NCBI GenBank assembly: GCA_001179505.1
Contig: CDMY01000790.1
Span: 1-19,949, forward strand
Source: Vitrella brassicaformis CCMP3155
Lineage: Eukaryota; Protista; Chromerida
Reading direction: 5' to 3'
DNA: 19,949 nucleotides
Part shown: positions 7,479-17,460 of the stretch, piece by piece
Numbering within the stretch: the first letter of the stretch is position 1
How the letters are laid out: the number at the start of each line of letters is the position of its first letter
Translations under genes and position numbers: made by a program
Notes under the pieces: generated by a model
Databases searched by the model: none
What the model was told of the DNA's origin: nothing
What the model saw: the letters and a program-made list of their open reading frames with translations, nothing else

Positions 7479-10005
7479 CTACAGATCACAAGCAGCGAGA
7501 CCCAGCACTTTGGACCTCTTCAACTCTTTCCCCTCTCCGTCAAGCGCCACTGCCTGGAAGTACTGGCACTTGTGGGTTCCCCCCAAGATATCTACCCAGT
7601 GCTCGAACTGCTTCTTCTCCACCTCGGCAAGCACATCGATCAGTTCACTAACGGTCTCTCCTCTCATGATTCTCCACTTCTTCACCGTGGTCGCACCATT
7701 CCAAGAAAAATGTAACCGAAGTGTGTTGCTCGGATTTTTGTCATCCAGAACCACTGCTGGAGGCCACGTAGGTGTCCCAGTCCAAGGGCCCTTGAGGGTG
7801 CGATATGTACCACCCAACTGAAGTCTGTCGGCATCCGCGGTCCAGTCCATCCGTATGAGCTCCTTTCCATGCCGAGTTTCCACATAGAAGGGACCGGGCC
7901 CCCTAAGTTGCCACTTGGTGCCCTCCAACCCCAAGCAGTATACACCGTTGCCGTTGGGCATTCGCCTGTAGCTGCCGTGCGCGTAAACGCGGGTGGCCGT
8001 GTCATATGAATACACCAGCCGGGCTTCAAATGGATGACCATCGGAATCGAAGATCAAGTCATACTCGACACCCCGAGAGGTCCCAGTCTCGGAATGTAGC
8101 CCGTTGTCAAACATGCTGATTCGATTCTTTTTCACCTCTCTGACCTACACCTCATGACACATGTATGTGTGAGATCGTGTGGCCGCGCATGTCTCCTACG
8201 TCGTGTTGCCCGTAGAACTGGCCTCTTTCGTCGTTTACGATCCTGAGAAAACATGGCAGATTCTCATTCTTTACCTTTGTCTAAGCGTACCTGAAGTTGC
8301 TGCCCTTGCCACCAAGACGCCAAAGGACCTCCCCAGTATCCCTGCACTTAAGACACAAAGAAGTCGACTGCGGAAGACCGCTTTGATCAGATGGCCGGGC
8401 AGTCATGCCTGTCGATCTTTGCGATCTGCGACATTCTGCGCATCGAGAGAAGAATGTTCCCGTCTTTAGCTTCCTCAATTGCTATGATCCCAGAATCATC
8501 GAATGCAAATGGTTCCAGCATTCGAAACGATGTGAATGCAAAAGATTTCGAGTCTCACCATTCGGGTGAAAAATATCCCAGAGCCCCTCACGAATAAAGT
8601 TATCACCCTCCCAAAATCCGAAGGGTAAATGATCCCAGCTCCTCCACTCCAGTATGACATGACCTGGATGGGAGAGTTTCGTCGTCCTTTGCTACCCTCA
8701 CCATCTTTTCGTTCTCACCCTCATTTGTAACCTCTTGAAGAACAATACCAAAAACGCCTTTCGCTGGCTCCATCTTTGGGTGAATCTCCGTAATGTTTAA
8801 GAGTTCGAAGTCATCTCTGAAACCGAAATGAATGGCAAAGGCGTCGTCTTGACAAACACCTTACCTGAACATCAGCGCGTTTCCATTACGACCTAACTGG
8901 AACTCATGCCCATTCAGCGCTGTCACACAACGATGCGAATGGAGGCGATGCTCTTCGATTGTCATTGGCAGGCGTTTCTCACCGCCTCGATGATGGATAT
9001 TGAAGCTATGTCGCACACCGTAATCCGAGCCGAGGACGCTGCCGCCATTTCGACCGCTCCAAAACCACGATGCGAGTTTCTTGTCGGCTGTTAACTCAAG
9101 GTGGGGTGTCTCTTCATCATGTAGATGCCAGTACACTGGATCGGCTGTCGACGTCATTATGAGCTGGGACTTTGCCGGCCCTGAAGTGAAGAGGTATCCA
9201 CTTGACAACTCGGACATGTTGCCTCGAACAGTCACTTTGACGCGAGGATAGTTGTCTGGAAGTGTCCTGTGAAAACATGTGAAGCACGTGTGCTGTTCTG
9301 AGCAAAAAGTATGTGCTAATCTCGCCTGTATGCGCAGTTGGGAGCATAAAACTCGCCATCCCAGGCGGTTTCTGTTGCACAATCGAAGCTCTCTCTGGCG
9401 GCCGCTTTCTCCGCTTCTCTGGTGCTTTGAGATGTGTTTGCCACCATTCTCTGGTGTGTCGCCCGGTATTTGTTCACATCCTGCCATGAAACCTCGAAGC
9501 TCCACCCGGAATCAGCGAGCGACCGACCAATGGTGGTCTTTATTCCCTTTTCCACCGAAATGCTAATCGTCTCACCAGGCGTGAAGGCCTCATTTGGTGT
9601 GAAATACACTGTCCGATTGTCGCTCAGTAGCCGCGTCTCTCCATCGTGGTCGCCAGACACATTGCCCCGCACGCTTATCTTTCCTTGAATGCTTTCTCTG
9701 TCCACCTTGTTCTTCGGCCTGAAGGCGATGGTTGTCAGAGGGGACACGAGGATGGCTCCGGGGAGAGGATGAGCATAGACGAAGGGAGTTTTCCCTATGG
9801 CCTCAAGGTTTAAAGAGGGCCTCGGTTCATTCTCGAATTCCCCATTGGCTCTAAGGCTCGGCCCTCCCGCTGTGAGATCGATGCCCATGGACCTCAATTG
9901 ACGCAAGACTTGTAGGGTGTTACGTTGTACCACTTCCTCTTTGCTGAGGGCACTGCCGTACCATGGCCCAAATAGAAGGAAGACGCATACGAAAATGCCT
10001 GCCAT
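7479..10005 (-). CDS. Secreted aryl-sulfate sulfotransferase (ASST family) with N-terminal Ig-like domain; 9 exons, 684 aa
   Basis: Exons 10005-9326, 9266-8983, 8919-8865, 8816-8719, 8663-8559, 8481-8409, 8341-8291, 8242-8200, 8144-7479 splice in frame (2055 nt); introns 48-77 nt. Signal peptide MAGIFVCVFLLFGPWYGSALS. Motifs NGHEFQL, QEV...EWRSWDH, FHPNAIE, DGNILLSMRR, LWRLGGK, GQHDVR, MFDNG, GSYRRMPNGN, FSWNGAT. Confidence 0.9.
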
Positions 10006-10184
10006 GCTGACCTTACAGATAGACAAGTACACACGTCAAACACGCATCCCTTCTTGAGACACGTCAAACGAGGCGTTACAGGCCGTTAGCACAGTCTGTG
10101 TCGAGACGGAAAAGTAAGGAAAAGAGACCGTGCTCCTTCTCTCTGCTGCCCAGTACTCTAATATATGCTACACATGCATGATCT

Positions 10185-11117
10185 TCAACGATGTCGACCC
10201 GCGGTGGGCCATGTATGTTGAGTTGGCGAGCTTTGTGTGCATTGTTTTGTGTGACCGTTGAAGACGCCCTGCAATGCTGCTGGCTTTTCTTTGCTGTTCT
10301 TCCTCTCGCCCCTCGCTGCCTCTGCTTGCGCAGTTCTTTGCTGATGAGCCACTGATGAGAGAGGACGTGCCTGTCGCCGCACAGTAGCGTACGAGTAGAG
10401 CAGTTCTGCTGAAGCGGAGGGAGATGTGCCTGCCATCTCCACCCTGGCGCTGGGAGACGATAGCGTGCCCGTCACCAGCAGGGTTTTCCCGGTTGTATAT
10501 AGCCCGGACTCTGTCTGTTCTTTGCCGTGCTCTTGATCATGTGGACTCTGACGCGGACCTCTGTGTGATGCTGTTGGCATGAGGGCGAAATTAAGGCGAG
10601 ATTCGAGGGCTCCGTCTGATCCTTCTGACCACGGTGTGTGTTCAGCACACAGCAACTTCAACAATGTATGCTCTCCACGGAGTTTTGTGAGATACTGCCG
10701 GTCCTGTCGACGTCTTTCTTTCCAGCGTAAATAGCGCCATGCGCAACAATGAATGATGCTATCAGCAGCCACCACAGCCGTGGTCAGGTGTAAAACGCTG
10801 GGTTCGTACAGTGTACGAGGGTTTCACAACCATTTCTTAATGACAGATTAGAACCTGGTGCCGAGAAGTCATGACATTACGATCTCAACACATATTCTCA
10901 ACTTTGCCGTGATGGAGCTTGCGTACTTGCGTACCTTGAGTGTGCTTTCCATCGTGGTGCATACATTTCCCTTGTCTGTGTAGCCCTCACAGCCAGCGTA
11001 CCCGCTCGCGTCCTTCTTGCCATCGTGAACTACTGGTGCCGGCTAGTGCTGGCACGCCCTTCTTCGGTTCTGCTGCGCCGCGCCATCGGCAACACTGGCG
11101 GCTATCAGCAGCCACAT
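10185..11117 (-). CDS. Hypothetical spliced gene or pseudogene with two related signal-peptide-like exons and a long hydrophilic last exon
   Basis: 196-codon stop-free frame 10775-10185. Paralogous segments MWLLIAASVADGA...GKKD (11117-11002, one in-frame TAG) and WWLLIASFIVAHGA..GKKD (10775-10696). A possible 71-nt intron 10695-10625 joins the second to the long frame. Confidence 0.3.
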
Positions 11118-11175
11118 ACATAGCGCCGGATATAAATAATATTTGGGTCAACTGCTAGGGTTTGCTTGGCGCGGA

Positions 11176-11205
11176 ATTCATTCATTCATTCATTCATTCA
11201 TTCAT
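11176..11205. repeat. (ATTC)7 microsatellite
   Basis: Directly visible. Confidence 0.95.
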
Positions 11206-11586
11206 CAAGCGTCTCCTATGAACGCATGAAGATGCATTCATGGAAACGAAATAGCAGCCCTGCAAAAACGAGACAGGGACCAGGGCGGCGGACCCGGCTC
11301 ACCAAGGTTTCCCTTGGTTACCCCTGGGTTTCGGGAAAAAATGCCAGATCTGTCTGAGGTCTGCGTAACGTGTCACCCCGATGGCGAAGGGCTGACCTGC
11401 TTGTATACTTCCCCCGGGCCAGGGGAGGTGGTGTGCCAAGTATATGTTGTAAAGGTGCGTGCACACGTCTCGTCTTACATGCTCAGTGCCTGTGTGTGTG
11501 CCAGGTGCCTGCCTCCCACCCTCCCGCAGGAAGGAAATGAGCTGCATGCACACGCCCCGTCGCGGGGAGCCTCGTGTCTCAGGTTA

Positions 11587-11644
11587 GGTGCCGGGTTGCC
11601 CCGCGTTATGTGTGAGGGTGCCGGGTTGCCCCGCGTTATGTGTG
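11587..11644. repeat. 30-bp-period tandem duplication (GGTGCCGGGTTGCCCCGCGTTATGTGTG x2)
   Basis: Copies start at 11587 and 11617. Confidence 0.95.
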
Positions 11645-11994
11645 CGTCTTCCCCAATGCGACGTGCACATGAGCAGCCACACAAAGCGGTTGTGGCGGGC
11701 AGTGAAGTATGGACATCTGCGTGAGGTGCGGGGAGGTTCACGTACGTACGCAGAAGCTGTGTGCGGTCAGTCTTTGTTGGGCTCTTTGCCACTCTCACCT
11801 GGCCTCTTTCTCTGATTCTGTCTGGCTGTCTCTGTGGGTTTGGGTTAGTCTTTGTCGTGTGTGGTGGGGAAGGCGTGTGTTACTGTGGTGTGCAGTGAGA
11901 TGGCGGCACTCACAGCATGCTACTGACATCGTATCCTCACTCTATTGGCCTGCAGGTTTTGCCCTTGAAGCTGACCTTCCTGTCGCTCATACAC

Positions 11995-12245
11995 CTATCT
12001 TCCTGCCTATTGTGATATGGGGTCATGTATGTGTGGGGTGTGTGTGTGTGAGTTAGATTCGTATGCTTTGGGTTCCCTAGTGCTTGCTCACTCCACACAA
12101 CGTTCCCTCCCTTCGCGTGTTGCAAGTCCAGGAGTGGGTGTCTGGGGTAGGATTAGGTAGACAGGCTGTTTGCATGCTTCCCAGCGTGTACATGCTCCTA
12201 GCTTAGTGCGTGCAGTGACCGAGAAAATCTTTGGTTGCGGCCGGT
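11995..12245 (+). repeat. Diverged dispersed repeat, copy 1 (copy 2 at ~14065-14455)
   Basis: Collinear shared blocks ATCTTCCTGCCT, GTTCC-T-GTG-T-GCTCA, GGTAGACAGGC (12156 vs 14366), TGCATGCTTC, GCGTGT-CATGCT, GAGAAAAT (12221 vs 14433). Confidence 0.7.
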
Positions 12246-12590
12246 GTTGCAGCACGATTCTCGTTGAATACAATAGCCAACCATCAGCTGGTTCTTCTCT
12301 CTGGTTTTGTGTTGTGAGTTTGTCATTCATTTTGTGGGCCCGTGCTTCGGCATAGGGGTGGTGAAGCTCCCTCTCCCTACGTTCTCGCAATCCAGTGGCG
12401 TTAAGCTGAGTGGGCGCAACACGCCGACTCCCTATCTCTCCCTCCCCTTGCTTTGTTCGACGAGGCATTCCACCTTGAATTCTTCTGATGCTTTCTCTGG
12501 ATGGGCACGTGTGTCCTCTCTCGCAATGCTTATGTACATACTCCAAGCTGTGTAGCTGTGTGTTTAGGGGTTCTGTGGTTCTTCTATGTG

Positions 12591-12628
12591 TGTTCTCGGC
12601 GGAGTGGATGTTCTCGGCGGAGTGGATG
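12591..12628. repeat. 18-bp tandem duplication (TGTTCTCGGCGGAGTGGA x2)
   Basis: Copies at 12591 and 12609. Confidence 0.95.
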
Positions 12629-12784
12629 CGCTAGCTATATCGCTGTGACCCCAAGCACGCTTAAAGGGATGACGAACGAACGAACGAACGGACAAATAAG
12701 CACAAACACATGCTGTCTCGACCTGTGGCGCGTCAGGACAGTTTACACATGTACATCCTCTCCATGCTTTAATATGTGTACGAA

Positions 12785-13674
12785 TCAGAACTGCCCATAC
12801 CTATGGATGTGCACATGCGCATATATCGAGCAAAATGGTCTGCATAAGGTTGTATGCACTTACCCTGCATCGTGCTCCTGATCCTCATATCGCCTGAACC
12901 CTTGTGATGCTGTAGATGGATCGTCATACCTGACATGTTTCATATCACCCAAGGCGTATGCGTTTTCGATATGATTCATTACCCTATCGGCGTCTGTGAC
13001 GGCCCGAAATATGACCAACACAAACTGGAGAAGGTGAAGGTAGATCGGCCGTCCACGTCTGCCCGCCTCACTTCCTACCTTGCCGCTCCAGCGATAAGGA
13101 GCAGACTTCCCCCGGCCTGACCGATCGCACCCATGGTGGGTCCCAGAGTCATGAGGCCCTCAAGGATGTAGAGGACACCTCGGCCTCGGAGGTCTCCTGG
13201 GAATAATGATGTGAGCAGACAGTCTGAGTTAGACGACTGTACCCTACTTACGGACCCATAAAAGGCAGGACAGTCATTAGTTTGTTCAGACCGAAGGGGC
13301 TGACTTCGCATACCTGCATTCGAACAGCGAAGTCGAACCAATCAGGCAGTTGACTTTGTCAATCGGGGTACTCACCACATTGACAAGGCCCAAGGTGAAT
13401 ATGTATACACACAAGATACCCATGGTGTAGGAAACGCCGTAGACCAGCGCCATCACGGCAGAAAGGGAGAAGAGTACCTGAAACAGACGACGCCTTTCAA
13501 TCTGATCAACTTTCAATCCCATTGGGTGTGATTCCGAATCACCGAGCCTCCAAGAGTCACGATCTTCAATGCGAAAGGCGCGTACTCCTGGGGAAAGACA
13601 CACGCAACAGATTCAGGGGTAGACAGGGGGACGGTTCACGGTCTCACGAAGATCTGCTGAATGCCGTCGCTCAT
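12785..13674 (-). CDS. COPI-associated / Tvp15-like small multi-pass Golgi membrane protein; 8 exons, 157 aa
   Basis: Exons 13674-13648, 13587-13543, 13477-13376, 13313-13256, 13196-13079, 13024-12983, 12929-12864, 12800-12785 (474 nt); all introns GT-AG, 53-65 nt. Product MSDGIQQIFEYAPFALKIVTLGGSVLFSLSAVMALVYG...VCEVSPF...VLPFMGDLRGRGVLYILEGLMTLG... with ~4 hydrophobic helices and the family-like 'PF(L/M)xxxxGRGxxYIxxG' motif. The last two exons are less certain. Confidence 0.75.
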
Positions 13675-13852
13675 GCTCTATCACGGAACTGTCGGCAGCA
13701 GTGTGCCGAACTTTTTTTAATCGAACTTGCGTTGTTGCCGAGTTGGTGGGGTAGGGGTTTCTGCGAGCTTACTCTGCCTCTCTGCGAACCCTTAGGGGGT
13801 GATATGACAGGATCCCTCCGGGGTTACAGGCACGAGTCTCGTTAAACACAAT

Positions 13853-13876
13853 AACCAACCAACCAACCAACCAACC
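13853..13876. repeat. (AACC)6 microsatellite
   Basis: Directly visible, upstream of the COPI-associated gene. Confidence 0.95.
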
Positions 13877-14064
13877 AGCCCACGATGATGAAGATGCTCT
13901 CCATCGGGCTCGCGAGCTTTGAGCGAGCGAGGCTCTGCCCGAAGTTGACGCAATGGTTGGAGGGTAGGAATGCACCTTAGGTATGTGTGCTTTCATGTTG
14001 CAGGGTCTTACGGCCTGTCAGGCCACTTCCTTCTCTCTCATTCTCTTGTCTTCCTGCCTTCCTT

Positions 14065-14455
14065 ACATCTTCCTGCCTTCCTTGCACCTGCCTTACACAT
14101 GGGTCCCCGTGTACATGGTGGTGTGATGTGATTGGTTGTTTGTTCCTTGTGATGGCTCAGAGGGCTTCGTTCTTTCGCTTGCTTCCTCTGGCTTCTGTGC
14201 ACTTGCCAGGGCTTCTTGCTGTCGGGCGATATCGCTCGTTCTTGTGTATGTAGCCAGGGGAAGTGTTCGTGAACGTTCTACAAGGCAGCCAGTGCCCTCT
14301 GATGTCATCTGTGTGTCGGCCGGTGCCAGTGCCTTTCCTTTCGTGGTGGACCATAGGGATGGGTGGGTAGACAGGCCTTGTGCATGCTTCGTGCGTGTGC
14401 ATGCTGCCTATATTTGGTGTGTGCTGTGGACAGAGAAAATGTCCGGTAGCGCCGA
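14065..14455 (+). repeat. Diverged dispersed repeat, copy 2
   Basis: Same ordered blocks as 11995-12245, offset ~2.1-2.2 kb. Confidence 0.65.
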
Positions 14456-16344
14456 AAGGTAGGCGCCGGGCTTAGGGACAGGTGTCTCGTCAAACCCATA
14501 ACCGACCGACCGAAGTTGTGTTGTTCGTTTTTATTTGGGGCCAAATTGGGGCCTCGAGACTTTTCATTCGGTACCATCTTTCTCTGGCTCCGGCAACCTC
14601 AGGCACCTGCGTGTCGTGAGACAACACAGCCCATGCCCATGGTCGTTCCATCAGTAGTGGGATGGGGCTTGCATTAGGCCTGTGATTTGGTCACGAAGGA
14701 CATGTCTCTAGCTCAAGACACAGCAGACGAGGCAGGTACGCGCATACCAAAAAAAAAACGATCGATGCTTCGTAGACTGATTTACATGAGTCAAAATACG
14801 TACACAATACGGACGACCCAAAATGGATGGATACACTATGTGTTCGACGCTGTTATTCATCCACGTCCCCGACGGTTGGAAGGGGCAGACGCACAGTCAG
14901 GTCTCTGCAATCTCTAATTGTCGGCGCGGCGCAAGAAGGCGCGGTGAGAGACAGAATGGATTCGCAATTGACTAAGGAGCGCCGCCGCCAATGCGAAGAC
15001 AGTGAGGCAATTGTGACTAGCCCACGACGACACGAGTGAAACATCGGGATTAAGCGACAGAGTGGCGGGCGCGCGGATTTTAGAGCAGCCTCGGGGAAGA
15101 AGTAAGACGTCTCGGCACATTCGCTCGCACTCGACGACTCTCCGCTGCTATTGGTTGCGATGAGCAAGCCCAAAGAGTCCAGACATTGAAGAGACACGAG
15201 AGACACGAGAGACGCGAGAGATCCAACGCGTAGAAAATAGTGCGACTCCGCAATCATGCGCCACTTGGTCAGGCAGCACGGTCACGATCGAAAGCGTAGA
15301 GAAGAAGTTCAGAGGCAGCTGGGGAGGTATGTGTCGTGACGAACCGGAAGACGCTATGGATCGTAAATGAGAATAGCGAGGCTTCACAGGTCGAGAAAAC
15401 GAAAAAAGAGGTTGCCAACGACAGCAGAGGCATGCGGCCTCATACGACGAGCACAATATACGGCCAAATCCCAGGACGCACATCACGCTAAACTACAGCT
15501 GCGATCCATCAAGTACCATCGACAGCTGTTAGAAGCTGCACGAGACGACACGACGCAGTTGCCTTCGGCCTCAGGACGCCAGTACTTGCGTCCGACACGA
15601 CGAGCATACAGCTAGGACCTTGAAACCGATTACGTGGCGCACACGCACGATAAGCTTACAGACAGTGAATTGATGAGAAACCCTTGCTTCCACTCGACGA
15701 CGTGGCTGTATCGATAGAGGGCGACACCATCGCGCACGGGCACGTACCCCACAGTCGACCGGTGCGTAGCCAGAAACGCACGCGACATGCCGCTTTGCCT
15801 CGCCATGAATTCGCTGCCCCCACCAAACACGCCGCGTTGCATTCGGGTAGCTCGCCGCAACAGACGAGCGGGGGGGCGGGGGGGGGGCAAGAGCAACACA
15901 ACGACGACGACGAAAGAGATTTTCACATACAGGCGATGCGACAATACGAGACCTGTCGAAGACCTTTCCGACGCCGACGCGACAATAGAAAGTAATCCCG
16001 TTTGACGACGACTTCTTCCCTTCCGCTCGACAACGCACGCACCATTGTTGCGTCTTCGTCGTCGACTTACGCGTCTCGACTCGATAAGCCACGTACCCCT
16101 CGCACCGATAACAAGGCCGAGCCTCCCACGGCAGAGGACAAATGATTGGACGACGGCTTTTGCAAACCCCAACTGAGATCGACGGAAGACGCGCAGCTCC
16201 ACAGCACCCATACCTTCGCCCACGAGCCGGACGCAGCCACACTTTGTGACACACGCAGAACTTGAGATGGTGAAGACGTATAGTCTCGCCCGACGATGCA
16301 CCCGAAATCGAGTTAATGATCGACGCACAATGGACCTGGACACG

Positions 16345-17460
16345 AGCGCGCTGCCTTGAATGTTGTAAATCGACGGACAAGACATCGTCCCCCCGCGGCG
16401 CGCCCAGACCAAGACGTGTAAGTCAATAGTCTAAGCAGCCGCAAATCGGCGACGGCATGCTTAAGCCACTAAATTGGCGCTGCTGCTTCTCCCCCAACGT
16501 CCCCGGAACGCGCATTGGCCGAGACACACAAAATCAAGTCGACGGCGTGCACAAGTGCGAATTGGCGAGGGCACGCAGCCCTGAGGACGATCACGATCGC
16601 TGAGATGAGCGGAGACATAATTCGATGGACGAGCGTTTGATGTCTCGCAGCAATTCACAGACGCAGCAAGGACTGAACCGCGAAATGACGGTGACGCGCT
16701 GCGAACCGGCAAGAGCAAGCCGCCCTGAAGATGATAAAGACCGCTTTCGTAGTGAAACAGGTGAGGGTTCACTCCCTTCGACGCGCCCAGTCGTGGAACA
16801 GCCGAGACTCGTATATAGTCATTGGACGAAGTAGCCGCGGATCGGCGAAGACATAACGCCTCGCATACGATAAGGCCGCTGACGCAATTTGACAGAAGAG
16901 AGGTCGTTGTCCCTCAAGGTCCCCGGAACGAGGAGCGGCGAAGACATACAAATCGAATCGACGCGGGACGCAGAGGAAGACACGACTGGGTGCGCAACCT
17001 CGAACTGGCGAAGCTGCCCTGAGTACGACCCGATCGCTGAGACGGCGTAGACGTACTTCGACGTACGAGTATTTTCAACGCCTACAAGCGCAGAACGAGT
17101 GAGACGCGCAAAACCAAATCGGCACCGTACGCAGACGAGAATTGACGAGAGCACGCTGCCCTGTATGTGATAAGGACCGCTGTCGTAATGCGACGGATGA
17201 GAGATCGTACTCGCCCAACGCCCCCATAGCGCGCAGCGACCGAGACACACAAGAAATCGAATCGACGGCCGATGCCGCTGCGACACGTCAAAGGCACGCT
17301 GCCCCGAATGCGATACGACCGCTGTCGTAATGCGACGGATGAGAGATCGTACTCGCCCAACGCCCCCATAACGCGCAGCGACCGAGATACACAAGAAATC
17401 GAATCGACGGCGTATGCTGTTGCGAATCCTCAAAGGAACGCTGCCTCGATGGATGAGAGT
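16345..17460. repeat. Degenerate ~140-150-bp tandem array (about 7-8 units), the last units 143 bp and nearly identical
   Basis: Anchor GCACGCTGCCC..GATA..GACCGCT recurs at ~16347, 16571, 16715, 16858, 17012, 17151, 17294, 17437; 17176-17270 is almost identical to 17318-17412. Confidence 0.8.

Noticed and set aside
10984-11123. Plus-strand exon reading VPARVLLAIVNYWCRLVLARPSS...
   Set aside because: Synonymous-substitution pattern in the duplicated segment favours the minus-strand frame; treated as its shadow.
15571-16412. Two overlapping 260-270-aa minus-strand ORFs as genes
   Set aside because: Arg/Cys/Val-rich, motif-free and overlapping in different frames; consistent with stop-poor composition.
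16345-17460. CRISPR array or leucine-rich-repeat gene
   Set aside because: No short invariant repeat with unique spacers, eukaryotic context, and no LxxLxLxxN pattern in any frame; best units are 143 bp, not a multiple of 3.
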